Below are positions 33,765 to 45,471 of a DNA stretch of 64,000 bases, piece after piece; positions within the stretch are counted from its first letter, which is position 1, and each line of letters opens with the position of its first letter. Source of the DNA: Escherichia coli (GTDB lineage: Bacteria > Pseudomonadota > Gammaproteobacteria > Enterobacterales > Enterobacteriaceae); the NCBI RefSeq assembly GCF_044324785.1, contig NZ_CP172127.1. One strand, 5' to 3'. The notes below the pieces were generated by a model. It did not search any database. It worked only from the letters and a program-made list of their open reading frames with translations, and was not told the origin of the DNA. Position numbers and translations under genes: made by a program.

Positions 33765-34627
33765 AAAACTGGCGCAATGATGCGGTCGCCTGGCTGCTGA
33801 TGCTCAGCGGGCTGGGCACGATCCTACTACTGATGGGATCGACGTTTTATGTGGTGATCGTCCAGAGCCTGGGCTGGTTCAACATCGAAGGCGACAGCAA
33901 TTTCTCGCTGGAATACTGGCGCAATATGTTGCAGGACGAAGTGTTGCAAAGCGCCCTGTTCTACTCAGTGAAAGTGTCACTGCTGGGGGCGTTCGGCTCG
34001 GTGATTTTCGCCTATCCGCTGGCGCTGTGGCTGCGTAAACCGATGGCCTATAAAGAGGGCATTATCGCGGTGCTGCGTGCGCCGATGTTTATCCCCGGTC
34101 TGGTGGCGGCGTTTCTGTTCGTCAATATCGTCGCTTATCACGGCATTATCAACGAACTGCTGCTGGCGCTGGGGATTATCAGCGAGCCGCTGCGGATGCA
34201 GAACGATGACTTCGGCTGGGGCGTGGTTATCCTGCAAATCTGGAAAAACCTGCCCTTCGCCCTGATCCTCGTCGGCGGCGCAGTCAACGCCATCCGTAAC
34301 GACGTGCTGGACGCCGCCAGCAATCTCGGTGCCAGCCGCTGGCGCAGTTTTACCGGCGTGGTGGTGCCGCTGACGCTGCCCGCCGTGCAGGTGACGCTGA
34401 TTCTGGTATTTATCGGCGCGCTGGGCGACTTCGCCTTCTTCTCGGTGGCCGGGCCACGCAACACCTACTCGCTGGCGCGGCTGATGCAGGCCACCGCCAT
34501 GGAGTACGGCGAGTGGAATAACGCGGCGGTGATTGCGGTGATCATTATGGTCACGGCGGCCATCTGCACGTTGCTGATTGCCACACTGATTACCCCGTTC
34601 GCCACCCGCAAAGGAGAGGTCAAATGA
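33761..34627 (+). CDS. ABC transporter permease (binding-protein-dependent family)
   Basis: 288-aa polytopic membrane protein; overlaps the ATPase stop by 4 bp. Confidence 0.8.
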   Translation: MKNWRNDAVAWLLMLSGLGTILLLMGSTFYVVIVQSLGWFNIEGDSNFSLEYWRNMLQDEVLQSALFYSVKVSLLGAFGSVIFAYPLALWLRKPMAYKEGIIAVLRAPMFIPGLVAAFLFVNIVAYHGIINELLLALGIISEPLRMQNDDFGWGVVILQIWKNLPFALILVGGAVNAIRNDVLDAASNLGASRWRSFTGVVVPLTLPAVQVTLILVFIGALGDFAFFSVAGPRNTYSLARLMQATAMEYGEWNNAAVIAVIIMVTAAICTLLIATLITPFATRKGEVK

Positions 34628-35460
34628 GCCACACTGCCAACGGTCGCCGGGTGGTGACGATTTCGCTGATCTTCTTCGTGGTCGCTAATCTGATCTGGCT
34701 GGGTATGCCGTTCGGCATGGCGATCCTCTGGTCGCTGGTTGACCCGGCCCATCCGTGGAGCTACCCGGATATCTTCCCGCCGGTGCTGTCGTTCAGCCGC
34801 TGGCTGCTGGTATGGGAAAAGACTTCGCTTTCCGAGGCGCTGTTCAACAGCTACACCATTGCGCCTGCGGTAGCGGTCGCCAGCCTGCTGCTGTCGCTAC
34901 CCACCGCGTATGCCTTCGGGCGCATGACCTTTCGCGGTAAGGCGGTGGCGGAGATGCTGACGCTGATCCCGCTGGTGATGCCGGGGATGCTGATCGGGAT
35001 TTTTTTCAGCGCCATGCTGATCAACCTCAATATCGACAACGCGTTTATCAGCATTGTTATCGGCCATACGGTACTGACGCTACCCTATTCGATCCGCATT
35101 ATGTCTGCGGGGTTTAAGTCTGTGCCGCAGGATCTGATCGACGCCAGCCGCGACCTGGGCTCCGGCGCGTGGGACACCTTCTGCAATGCCTATCTGCCGC
35201 TGTTAAAACCGAGCTTCCTGGCGGCGCTGATTTTTTGTCTGGTGCGAAGCCTGGAAGAGTTCGGCATCTCATACGTGCTGGGCGCGCCGGACTTTATCAC
35301 CGTTCCGACCATTCTTTACTCTTTCCTTGGCTACTCCTTCGTCCGCCCGGATGCGGCGGTGGTGTCGATGATTCTGGTGATCCCCAATGTCATCCTGATG
35401 GTCATCATTGAGAAGTTGCTGAAGGGGAACTATCTGTCGCAATCCACGGGAAAAGCCTGA
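34624..35460 (+). CDS. ABC transporter permease (second subunit)
   Basis: 278-aa membrane protein, translationally coupled to the preceding permease. Confidence 0.8.
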   Translation: MSHTANGRRVVTISLIFFVVANLIWLGMPFGMAILWSLVDPAHPWSYPDIFPPVLSFSRWLLVWEKTSLSEALFNSYTIAPAVAVASLLLSLPTAYAFGRMTFRGKAVAEMLTLIPLVMPGMLIGIFFSAMLINLNIDNAFISIVIGHTVLTLPYSIRIMSAGFKSVPQDLIDASRDLGSGAWDTFCNAYLPLLKPSFLAALIFCLVRSLEEFGISYVLGAPDFITVPTILYSFLGYSFVRPDAAVVSMILVIPNVILMVIIEKLLKGNYLSQSTGKA

Positions 35461-35478
35461 CCTTTTACAGGAGATAAT

Positions 35479-36558
35479 GTGATGAAAAAAACAGTGATGA
35501 TTCTGGCGGGCGGCCTGCTGTGCAGCTCGCTGGCAACGGCGGCGGATAGCCCCGACCTGATTGCCCAAGCGAAAAAAGAGGGCAGCGTGACCTTTAACGT
35601 CTGGTACTTACAGCCGCAGTGGCGCAGCTTTGTGAAGGATTTTGAGCAGCAGTACGGCGTTAAGGTGCGCATCCCGGAAGGGAATATCGACGGAAACGTG
35701 AACAAGTTGCTGGCAGAAGCGGGGAAAAAAAGGGGTAAAATAGATGTTATCGCCTTGTCTGTTGCGCAACTGCCAGTGGCAATGGGAGCGAAAGCGCTGG
35801 CGAAGGTGGACGATTTGCCGGGCTATGGCGACGCCATTCACCAGATTCAGAACGTTGACACCCAGGGTTATGCCGTGGCGTTCTGGGGCAACCAGACCGG
35901 ATTTGCTTACGACCCGCAGCAGATGGGTGACCGGGCGCTGCCACAAACGCTGGAGCAGTTGCAGAGCTTTATCGACGCCAACCCGAAAAAGTTCGGCTAT
36001 AACGACCCGAACAACGGCGGCGCGGGGGAAGCCTTTATCCAGCGCATCGTCACTACTCAGGGCGACACGTTTAACAGCGAAGCGGAGAGCGTTGACCCGG
36101 CAGTGGTGAAAAACTGGCAGAAAGGCTGGCAGTGGTTTGCTGCTAATAAGGACAAAATTACCCGCACGGCCTCCGGTGCTGATAGTCTGACACGCCTGAA
36201 TGACGGCGAGCTGATGCTGACACCATCCTGGGAAGACCATCTTGTCGGACTACAAAAAACCGGGGCTATCAATTCGCGGCTGAAATTTTACGTACCGGAG
36301 TTTGGCATGCCTGGCGGCGGTAACATCGCTGCCATTGCCGCCAACAGCCCACATCCGGCGGCATCACGCTTATTCCTCAACTGGCTGATTCAGCCTGAAA
36401 CGCAACATGCACTGAGTAAAGTCTTCGGCTCCACGCCGATGAACAAACAGCTCCGTCCGGATCTGAATGAGATCCCGGAGCCCACGGTGGAGTTTTATGG
36501 CAAAGCGTACAGTACACAGCTCAAAAAAGATTTCGTTCGTGAGGTCATGATGCAGTAA
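35479..36558 (+). CDS. ABC transporter periplasmic substrate-binding protein (family 1, PotD/AfuA-like)
   Basis: 359-aa ORF with signal peptide MMKKTVMILAGGLLCSSLATA; last gene of the four-gene transporter operon. Confidence 0.8.
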   Translation: MMKKTVMILAGGLLCSSLATAADSPDLIAQAKKEGSVTFNVWYLQPQWRSFVKDFEQQYGVKVRIPEGNIDGNVNKLLAEAGKKRGKIDVIALSVAQLPVAMGAKALAKVDDLPGYGDAIHQIQNVDTQGYAVAFWGNQTGFAYDPQQMGDRALPQTLEQLQSFIDANPKKFGYNDPNNGGAGEAFIQRIVTTQGDTFNSEAESVDPAVVKNWQKGWQWFAANKDKITRTASGADSLTRLNDGELMLTPSWEDHLVGLQKTGAINSRLKFYVPEFGMPGGGNIAAIAANSPHPAASRLFLNWLIQPETQHALSKVFGSTPMNKQLRPDLNEIPEPTVEFYGKAYSTQLKKDFVREVMMQ

Positions 36559-36653
36559 GCTTCATTTCGCGCACAGCCATCCCCCTGAAATCTGGCTGAC
36601 TGTTATTTCGCAACAGTTATTGAGTAAATCTTTAACCTGTTAACAGAGGGTTT

Positions 36654-37178
36654 ATGAAACGTAAACTTATTGCCTTTGTGATTCTGGCTACATCATCCTG
36701 TGGATATGCAGCCACCAAAGATGTAACAATGAATCTTGTTGATAGTGACGGAAAAGAGCGAAATATTGGTAAAATAACCATCCAGAAGACACCCTACGGG
36801 CTGCTGTTCACCCCTGATCTTCACTCCTTACCCGCCGGCATTCATGGTTTTCATGTACATGAAAACGCAAGTTGTGCTCCTGCCCTGAAAGATGGAAAAA
36901 CTGTCGCTGCTTTATCTGCAGGTGGTCACTTTGACCCGGAAAAAACAGGGAAGCATCTCGGTCCATGGTCTCCTGATGGCCACCTGGGTGATCTCCCTGC
37001 GCTTTATGTCACTCATGACGGAAAAGCAACCTACCCGGTGCTTGCGCCAAGACTATCTGAATTAAAGGAGCTCGATGGCCGTTCGCTAATGCTCCACGCA
37101 GGAGGTGATAATCATGATGACCATCCTGAACCTCTAGGTGGCGGTGGTGCAAGAATTGCCTGTGGTATCATCCCATAA
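36654..37178 (+). CDS. sodC: Periplasmic Cu/Zn superoxide dismutase, prophage-type SodC (second copy)
   Basis: Identical 174-aa product to 22235..22759. Confidence 0.9.
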   Translation: MKRKLIAFVILATSSCGYAATKDVTMNLVDSDGKERNIGKITIQKTPYGLLFTPDLHSLPAGIHGFHVHENASCAPALKDGKTVAALSAGGHFDPEKTGKHLGPWSPDGHLGDLPALYVTHDGKATYPVLAPRLSELKELDGRSLMLHAGGDNHDDHPEPLGGGGARIACGIIP

Positions 37179-37306
37179 TCAATCAGGTAAGGGATATCCT
37201 CCCTTACCCTTAATCTTCCCTGGCTGCATGTGCATATCTTTCAGTTACTGTGAGATACCTGTATTACGGTGTCTTTTTAGCTCACAGAAATATCAGACAG
37301 CCCGTT

Positions 37307-37531
37307 TCAGTGTTTTATTACCTTAATCTTTTTACGGCATTCTTCAGCTCTTGCGCATGCTATTTTTTCACCTGTTTCATAACATTGCTGGCAGCCTAAT
37401 CCAAATTTCATCGCCATATCATAACCTTCCCGAAAACCTCGGAACCACGCGTTACGAAGGTATTCATCATATTCCCCGCAGTCAATAATAACCATTTTAT
37501 TTTCATGGGATTTTCCGGTATTCTCACTCAT
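37307..37531 (-). CDS. Hypothetical small Cys-containing protein (copy of 21882..22106)
   Basis: Same 74-aa product with 2 substitutions (H-to-Q, Y-to-C in the 119-aa track ORF). Confidence 0.35.
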   Translation of the reverse strand: MSENTGKSHENKMVIIDCGEYDEYLRNAWFRGFREGYDMAMKFGLGCQQCYETGEKIACARAEECRKKIKVIKH

Positions 37532-38360
37532 TTTCGATACCTCAATGCTTACAACAGAAAAGTATACTTTTACGAAGTTCGCCTTTGCAGGACTATATAA
37601 AGTTATCACTGGATGCAAGAGCCGGAAATCCTGTATATCAGGATCAACTTTGTAATTCAATAACATATTATCCAGTGAAAAAGTAAGTATATTTAAGCTG
37701 GGGAAGGAGAAGGGGGACTTGATTTGATATTTTCATCAATAATATTATTTTTCCTCCTCCATTATTCATTCAGACCTGGTTCCGGGCGTAATTCCGATTT
37801 CTCTGTTGAAGCGATGCATTTATATTTAAATATTCACCTGTCATTGAATTTTATTTGAAATAGGAGAAAATCTCCTCCTGTACTACAGATAACCCGGAAT
37901 GTTCCTCGAAAGAAAATTCTGGCGCAGAATTCACGCCCGGTTCTGTTCAACATCATGCAGGATAACGATACCGAAACGTTAAACTCTGGCAATTCTCGTG
38001 TTATACACAGGCAGGAGTGATTACTACGGTAAGAATTGCTGAAAAGGGGAGAACACTGAAGGCCTTATTCGCGAAGAATAAAGGAGACATTTCATGTAAA
38101 TTATTATCAGAGATAACCTTCTCCAGGCGCTTTTGTTCGCTTCCTGAATTGCTACCTGATACATATTTACGGGATGCCAGCCTGGTGACTATAACTCCGA
38201 AAAGACCGATTATTGTATTGCGTGCATCCGGCATGTTTACAATGTACGCTGGTATCTAACGGAGTCTGACACAGATGCACGCAGGTGTATATTTTAACGT
38301 AATTATCCGGAAAGAACAGTATATTTTAATGCGGGAGTTGCATGAGCGGTGGATTTGCCC

Positions 38361-39266
38361 CTATATTTCCAGACACCTGTTATCACTTAACCCATTACTG
38401 GCCTGCTGCCGCAGATATTCCCGTGGCGAGCGATAACCCAGTGCACTATGCGGATGCCATTCGTTATAATGCTCGAACGCCTCTGCAAGGTTCTTTGCTG
38501 CCGTTAACCCGTCTGGTTTAGGCATGATACTGATGTAGTCACGCTTTATCGTTTTCACGAAGCTCTCTGCTATGCCGTTACTCTCCGGACTCCGCACCGC
38601 CGTGTTCTTCGGTTCAAGCCCCAACATCCGGGCAAACTGCCGTGTTTCATTAGCCCGGTAGCATGAACCATTATCCGTCAGCCACTCTACTGGAGACGCC
38701 GGAAGCTCGTTGCCGAAGCGGCGTTCCACCGCTCCCAGCATTACGTCCTGTACTGTTTCACTGTCGAAGCCGCCCGTAGTGACTGCCCAGTGCAGTGCCT
38801 CACGGTCACAGCAGTCCAGCGCGAACGTGACTCGCAGTTTTTCTCCGTTATCACAGCGGAACTCGAACCCGTCAGAGCACCATCGTTGATTGCTTTCTTT
38901 CACGGCCACTTTGCCAGTATGTGCCCGTTTCGATGGCGGTACAGCGGTTTTTCGCTCAAGCAACAGCGCATTCTGGCGCATGATCCGGTAAACACGTTTG
39001 GCATTGATCGCAGGCATACCATCAAGTTCGGCCTGTCTGCGAAGCAGCGCCCATACCCGACGATAACCATACGTGGGCAGCTCTCCGATAACATGGTGTA
39101 TACGGAGAAGCACATCCGTATCATCTGAGTGACGGCTGCGGCGACCATCTTTCCAGTCATCGGTTCGTCTGAGAATTACGTGCAACTGCGCACGCGACAC
39201 CCGGAGACAACGGCTGACTAAGCTTACTCCCCATCCCCGGGCAATAAGGGCGCGTGCGCTATCCAC
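38361..39266 (-). CDS. insD: IS2 transposase InsD (orfB)
   Basis: 301-aa [33 protein letters not shown]...[22 protein letters not shown]. Confidence 0.9.
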
Positions 39267-39589
39267 TTTTTTGCACGCCCGTATTCAACGGCTTCTTTAA
39301 GGAGTTCATTTTCCATCGTTTTTTTGCCGAGCAGGCGCTGGAGTTCTTTAATCTGCTTCATGGCAGCAGCAAGTTCAGAGGCAGGAACGACCTGCTCTCC
39401 TGCGGCCACAGCAGTAAGACTTCCCTCCTGGTATTGCTTGCGCCAGAGAAATAACTGGCTGGCTGCCACACCGTGTTGCCGGGCAACAAGGGAGACCGTC
39501 ATTCCCGGTTCAAAACTCTGCTGAACAATAGCGATCTTTTCCTGTGTAGTACGCCGTCTGCGTTTCTCCGGTCCTAAGACATCAATCAT
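39224..39589 (-). CDS. insC: IS2 InsC (orfA)
   Basis: [52 protein letters not shown]...; the track ORF is extended upstream to 39634. Confidence 0.85.
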
Positions 39590-39681
39590 CTGCTCTCCAA
39601 TGACTAGTCTAAAAACTAGTATTAAGACTATCACTTATTTAAGTGATATTGGTTGTCTGGAGATTCAGGGGGCCAGTCTAA

Positions 39682-39948
<267 letters not shown>

Positions 39949-40069
39949 CAACGTATTCATGAGCTGGAAAAGCAGGTTCGTCGCCTGGAGGAACAAAAAA
40001 CGATATTAAAAAGCTACAGTGCTCTTGATATCCTCCCCACTGAACGGTTTACGATAGTTACCAGACTGA

Positions 40070-40499
<430 letters not shown>

Positions 40500-40744
40500 T
40501 AATTACACTGTGGGTTGACGCCGGAAGAATCAGAGAACAGATACCGTTCTTACTGTAAAACGTGGCTAATATTAATTGAGCACTGCAGTGTTCAGAGCAC
40601 AAAGAAGAAAAAAGATGTGTGCGAATGCCTGTAATGTGTTAAAAGAATGTTCCGCGTTTCCGGTACGCTTTTCGTAACTAACAATGCAGGGTGACGTAAC
40701 GCTGGTTGTGCCGGAAACGCGTCCCTCCCCCTATCTTTCCTGTT

Positions 40745-40770
40745 TGGATTTGCCCCTATATTTCTGGATT
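40745..40770. repeat. Solo IS2 end remnant
   Basis: TGGATTTGCCCCTATATTTCTGG matches the IS2 terminal sequence; no IS2 genes adjacent. Confidence 0.4.
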
Positions 40771-41080
40771 ATCCGACAAAACCGGCGTGAAGTATTACTC
40801 TCGTCGCCCAGCACCATAAGGATAACGCCCATAAAATCATGAAACTTTTCTTCCAGATTGGATACAATCAGGCCGAAACGGTGATGAATATTATCCAAAT
40901 CTGATGGTTCGTAGCGTTTTCAGCCCCCAGATTCTGAGTTGCCTGTAGGGATGATTTCAATTCCCGATTTGTCTATCGCATAGAGAAAAAGAATTTCATT
41001 TCTGTTCACCAGAACCCATGTAACCCACTCCAATTCGTTATTTATCTCACTGATTGCCCTTCATTTATCTCATTGATGCA
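40771..41080 (-). pseudogene. Possible yahC-like membrane protein remnant, truncated by the IS2 end remnant
   Basis: Minus-strand frame NLEEKFHDFMGVILMVLGDESNTSRRFCR directly abutting the IS2 remnant; position matches K-12 yahC (memory of synteny, not verified). Confidence 0.25.
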
Positions 41081-41108
41081 CCGAAAGGTAAAACTGCCAT
41101 CCGGTGCA

Positions 41109-42038
41109 TCACGCTCGATGCATCAAATCCTGATAAATCCCCGTCAGTATTCCTTGTAAGCTAAATTCTCTTTTTATCCACTGAGTGACTTGACCGCTTG
41201 CCGAATGCCTGGTTGCCAACAGCATTCGTGAATCCTGACGTGGGTTGCGGATCTGCCGTGTCACCAGCAATGACTTTTCCATCGCTTCACGCACCATATA
41301 GTCTGGCAGAAAACCGATTCCCTCCCCCAGGATCTGGCACTGAAGCTTAGTATTAAAGTCGGGAACCAGAATCGACTCTTGCCCGTGTAACAGCCAGCCG
41401 ACTTTTTTGTTTATAGTGTTTGCAGTGTCTTCCACCATGATGTTCGGGTACAGACGTAACTGACTCTCAGAAATGGGCTCAGGAATAAACGCCAGCGGAT
41501 GAGCCGGAGAAATCGCGAACAACCAACGAATCATGCCGATTTCAATGTAATCAATTCCACCACCGTCCAGTAACGTATCGGGCGCGCCAATGGCGATATC
41601 AGCCTGGTTATTAATGAGTGAATCCCAGACGCCATTATACACCTCTGTAGTAATAGCTATCTGGCAGGTTGGAAAGTGTTCCCTGAGCACTTGCAGAAGC
41701 CGAGCTGTATGCTGAGGGGTATACAACAGTTGATTAATACAAATGCGCACCCGGGATTTAATTCCCTGAGCGATGGCATCAACTCTACGTATGATGGAGT
41801 GGTAATCGTTGAGCAGGTCAGTTGCTTTGCAAAAAAGGTAGTGCCCGGGCTCGGTCAGCTCAATGCTACGGGTAGTTCGGGTAAAAAGCACCACGTCAAG
41901 CCCCATTTCCATACGCTTGATAGTGTAACTAATTGCCGATGTGGTTAAGCCCAGTTCCTTCGCCGCCTTGCTGAAACTTCTATAGCGGGCAGCCATAGTA
42001 AATGCCAGTAAGTTTTCTTCCGTAAATATTGAATTCAT
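41109..42038 (-). CDS. yahB: LysR-family transcriptional regulator (YahB-like)
   Basis: MNSIFTEENLLAFTMAARYRSFSKAAKELGLTTSAISYTIKRME HTH, LysR substrate-binding domain; the track ORF is extended upstream to 42167. Confidence 0.75.
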   Translation of the reverse strand: MNSIFTEENLLAFTMAARYRSFSKAAKELGLTTSAISYTIKRMEMGLDVVLFTRTTRSIELTEPGHYLFCKATDLLNDYHSIIRRVDAIAQGIKSRVRICINQLLYTPQHTARLLQVLREHFPTCQIAITTEVYNGVWDSLINNQADIAIGAPDTLLDGGGIDYIEIGMIRWLFAISPAHPLAFIPEPISESQLRLYPNIMVEDTANTINKKVGWLLHGQESILVPDFNTKLQCQILGEGIGFLPDYMVREAMEKSLLVTRQIRNPRQDSRMLLATRHSASGQVTQWIKREFSLQGILTGIYQDLMHRA

Positions 42039-42424
42039 CTTTCTTTCCTCTGGCGACAATACACATACACAACATGATGATTGTTGAATGTATTTGTAAT
42101 TCTTATAACCGGCAATCAGTTTTGAAAAAATTAACACCGTATTTACATTTAATTTGAAGGAAATCACACATCTGAATTTTAATTACAGGCAGCTATCCGT
42201 GCTGCAGACCACCTTTATTTATATGACTGCGGATTAATGGCTAAAATATCCCAGCTATAATAGAAATATTGCACTATATCACACTCTCTTATTATTGTTA
42301 ATTTTGTTTCAATAATTCATGGTCTAATGATGAGTAAATTTTAAATGGATGGTGCTCTATGCATTCTGTTGCTATTCTTGGCTTGTTATATTTGTAAAAT
42401 CTTAAAAAGAGCAGGAGATCGATT

Positions 42425-43030
42425 ATGTCCAATAAAGAACTCATTACAGAATTTCTGCTGGCGGCAGAACAAGGTAATGCCGATGGATTAAAATCATGCC
42501 TTGATAAAAAGGTTGATATTAATGCGACTAACCGCGAGGGGCGTACTGCAATTATTATTGCCAGTCTGAATAAACATTATGACTGCGTTTCTTTATTGAT
42601 TTCCGCAGGTGCTGATATTAATAAACAAGATCAAACTTGTTTTAATCCCTTCCTGATTGGCTGCCTGAATAATGATTTAACACTGTTGCGTACGGTATTA
42701 CCGGCTAACCCCGACCTTAATTGCCTAACCCGTTTTGGCGGTGTTGGTATTACACCTGCCTGCGAAAAAGGCCATGTCGAGATTGTACGTGAATTGCTGA
42801 TGCGTACTGATATCAATGTCAACCATACTAATTTTGTTGGCTGGACGCCGCTCCTAGAGGCCATCGTGCTGAATGACGGCGGTGAAAAGCAGCAGGAGAT
42901 CGTCAAACTGTTGCTTGAGCATGGCGCAAACCCGCACATGACGGATAAATACGGTAAAACCCCGCTGGAGCTGGCGCGAGAAAAAGGCTACCACAAAATT
43001 GCCGAGTTGCTGATTTCGGCTGGAGCCTGA
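42425..43030 (+). CDS. yahD: Ankyrin-repeat protein (YahD-like)
   Basis: 201-aa ORF with repeated ankyrin motifs (GRTAIIIASLNKHYDCVSLLISAGADIN, GWTPLLEAIV...LLLEHGANP). Confidence 0.75.
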   Translation: MSNKELITEFLLAAEQGNADGLKSCLDKKVDINATNREGRTAIIIASLNKHYDCVSLLISAGADINKQDQTCFNPFLIGCLNNDLTLLRTVLPANPDLNCLTRFGGVGITPACEKGHVEIVRELLMRTDINVNHTNFVGWTPLLEAIVLNDGGEKQQEIVKLLLEHGANPHMTDKYGKTPLELAREKGYHKIAELLISAGA

Positions 43031-43115
43031 CAACAGGAGCACGATTATCGCTATATTATCACGGCAATCTTTTCGGGCACTAACCGCAGACTGCGCGTTT
43101 CTCACTTTTCGGGGA

Positions 43116-43964
43116 ATGGGCCAGGTTGAACAGGTTTTTTCCCATGCGGTAAATCTGTTAATACCTGAACAGCAGCGACTGCTGACGTTACTGAGTGAGG
43201 ATTGTGATAACGCACCTAACAGTTGTCGTTTAGCACTGACACATTATGAAGACCTTTTTCACCCCGGTGAACAGGTCAATTTTAGCGGGTCTGGAATAAC
43301 TGTTGGAAATGATAAATGGATAGAAATAACCGGTTGTCAGATGTGGCGAATACCACGGTGGACATCTGATTCAGCAAGCCTTGCCAAAGTCGGCTGGCAG
43401 CATTGGGAAGAGTTTATCCGCCAACAACTAAGAAGCAACGACACATTATTTCTGTACCAGGGTGACAATCCATTTTATCAGGAAATTTCTCGCCAATTAC
43501 TCAACCGCCGAAAAAATTTGCTGAAGGCGTTGTGTACAGGAGAAAACATCACTGCGGCAGTCAACCAGTTAATTGGTCTTGGAATAGGGCTGACGCCATC
43601 ATCGGATGATTATTTAGTAGGTTTAAGCACTATTTTATTTATTCAAGGACATCCACTAAGGAAGTATAGATACGATTTCTTAGCAGCATTACAACTTGCA
43701 GGAAATAACATAACGCTTCTCAGCAAAATAACGTTAGAGGAAGCATTTAATCAGCGTTATCGGGAAAGAGTCGGACGGCTACTGAACCAATTTATTACTG
43801 AGCCACAACCCATTTCTACGCAATATGTTACTGACATAAAAAATATAGGCTCAAGTTCTGGATGCGACATGCTGTATGGCATGGCGGATGCCTGCGCCCT
43901 GAGCCACAGGTCCGGAGGTAATTATGTCAATCAGGATAGTTGTAAAAAAAAACACGTATTTTGA
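43116..43964 (+). CDS. yahE: YahE-like protein of unknown function
   Basis: 282-aa ORF; position and size match yahE of the E. coli yah cluster (memory of synteny). Confidence 0.6.
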   Translation: MGQVEQVFSHAVNLLIPEQQRLLTLLSEDCDNAPNSCRLALTHYEDLFHPGEQVNFSGSGITVGNDKWIEITGCQMWRIPRWTSDSASLAKVGWQHWEEFIRQQLRSNDTLFLYQGDNPFYQEISRQLLNRRKNLLKALCTGENITAAVNQLIGLGIGLTPSSDDYLVGLSTILFIQGHPLRKYRYDFLAALQLAGNNITLLSKITLEEAFNQRYRERVGRLLNQFITEPQPISTQYVTDIKNIGSSSGCDMLYGMADACALSHRSGGNYVNQDSCKKKHVF

Positions 43965-45471
43965 TTCTGTTTCACTGATGTCTATCTCCACGCGCGCAAA
44001 TAAGCTTGATGGAGTTGAGCAGGCATTTGTTGCTATGGCGACAGAGATGAATAAGGGGGTGCTGAAGAATCTCGGTCTGCTGACCCCTGAGCTGGAAGAG
44101 GCGAAAAGTGGCGATCTGATGATTGTCATTAAAGGTACCAGCGAGGAGGCGAACGAGCGGACGCTAATAGCGATTGATGAGCTGTTTGCGCATAAAGAAC
44201 AGGGAGGCCAGCACGAAGCACGCTATGCCACGATTGCCAGTGCGAAGAAGCATGCTCCAGAGAGTAATCTGGCGGTGATCTCTGTCAATGGCCTGTTTGC
44301 TGCTCGTGAAGCTCGTCAGGCACTACAAAATAACCTCAATGTTATGCTGTTTTCTGACAACGTCTCTCTTGAGGACGAGCTGGAACTCAAGCATCTGGCA
44401 CATGAAAAAGGGTTGTTGATGATGGGGCCTGATTGTGGAACCGCCATCATTAACGGCGCAGCGTTGTGTTTTGGCAATGCAGTGCGTCGCGGCAACATCG
44501 GAATCATTGGTGCCTCCGGTACGGGTAGCCAGGAGCTGAGCGTACGCATTCACGAATTTGGCGGCGGGATTTCCCAGCTGATTGGGACAGGTGGACGCGA
44601 TATGAGTGAAAAAATTGGCGGCCTGATGATGCTTGACGCGATTAGCATGCTGGAGGCCGATCCACAAACTGAGATCATTACGCTTATATCCAAACCTCCT
44701 GCACCAGCGGTAGCCCGTAAGGTGCTGGAACGTGCGCGCACCTGTCACAAGCCTGTGGTGGTGTGTTTCCTCGGACGTGAGTCCACCCCTGCGGATGAAG
44801 AAGGCCTACAGTTTGCCCGCGGTACTAAAGAGGCTGCCTTGAAAGCGGTACTGTTGACTGGTGTGAAAAAAGAGAGTCTGGATTTGCATCCGCTCAACTG
44901 GCAGCTGATTGAAGAGGTTCGCTCCCGTCTGACTCCACAACAAAAGTATATCCGTGGCCTGTTCTGTGGTGGCACGTTATGCGATGAAGCGATGTTTACT
45001 GCCATGGAAAAACTCTCGGATGTGTATAGCAATATTCACCCGAATCCGGCGTTCCGCCTTACAGATCTCAACCGTAGCGTGGCGCATACCTTCCTCGATT
45101 TCGGCGATGATTATTTTACCAACGGCAAACCACATCCGATGATCGATCCCACCAATCGCATTACCCGGCTCTTGCAGGAAGCACAGGATCCTGAAGTTGG
45201 CGTGATCGTGATGGACTTCATTCTTGGATTTGGATCACATGAAGATCCGGTTGGAGTGATGCTGGATACAATTGTTGAAGCCAAAGAAATTGCTGCCGCA
45301 GACGGTCGCCCGCTTGAGATCCTCGGCTATGTGCTGGGAACCGACCTTGATACACCGTCGCTGAAAAAACAGTGTCAGATGTTGACCGATGCCGGGGTTA
45401 TTTGGGCAAGCAGTAGCACCAACACCGGATTACTGGCACGTGAATTTATATTTAAAGGGGAGGAAGGCTGA
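43924..45471 (+). CDS. yahF: FdrA/YahF-like acyl-CoA synthetase (succinyl-CoA synthetase alpha-like fold)
   Basis: 515-aa ORF, CoA-binding/ligase-CoA-type glycine-rich motifs (GIIGASGTGSQE, GPDCGTAIING). Confidence 0.75.
   Translation: MSIRIVVKKNTYFDSVSLMSISTRANKLDGVEQAFVAMATEMNKGVLKNLGLLTPELEEAKSGDLMIVIKGTSEEANERTLIAIDELFAHKEQGGQHEARYATIASAKKHAPESNLAVISVNGLFAAREARQALQNNLNVMLFSDNVSLEDELELKHLAHEKGLLMMGPDCGTAIINGAALCFGNAVRRGNIGIIGASGTGSQELSVRIHEFGGGISQLIGTGGRDMSEKIGGLMMLDAISMLEADPQTEIITLISKPPAPAVARKVLERARTCHKPVVVCFLGRESTPADEEGLQFARGTKEAALKAVLLTGVKKESLDLHPLNWQLIEEVRSRLTPQQKYIRGLFCGGTLCDEAMFTAMEKLSDVYSNIHPNPAFRLTDLNRSVAHTFLDFGDDYFTNGKPHPMIDPTNRITRLLQEAQDPEVGVIVMDFILGFGSHEDPVGVMLDTIVEAKEIAAADGRPLEILGYVLGTDLDTPSLKKQCQMLTDAGVIWASSSTNTGLLAREFIFKGEEG

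Larger units (their letters stand above)
38350..39680 (-). mobile_element. IS2, complete, 1331 bp, with 5-bp target duplication AGCGG
   Basis: Ends TGGATTTGCCCCTATATTTCC (38350) and CAGGGGGCCAGTCTA (39680); AGCGG at 38345..38349 and 39681..39685; the insertion point is uninterrupted in arm A. Confidence 0.9.
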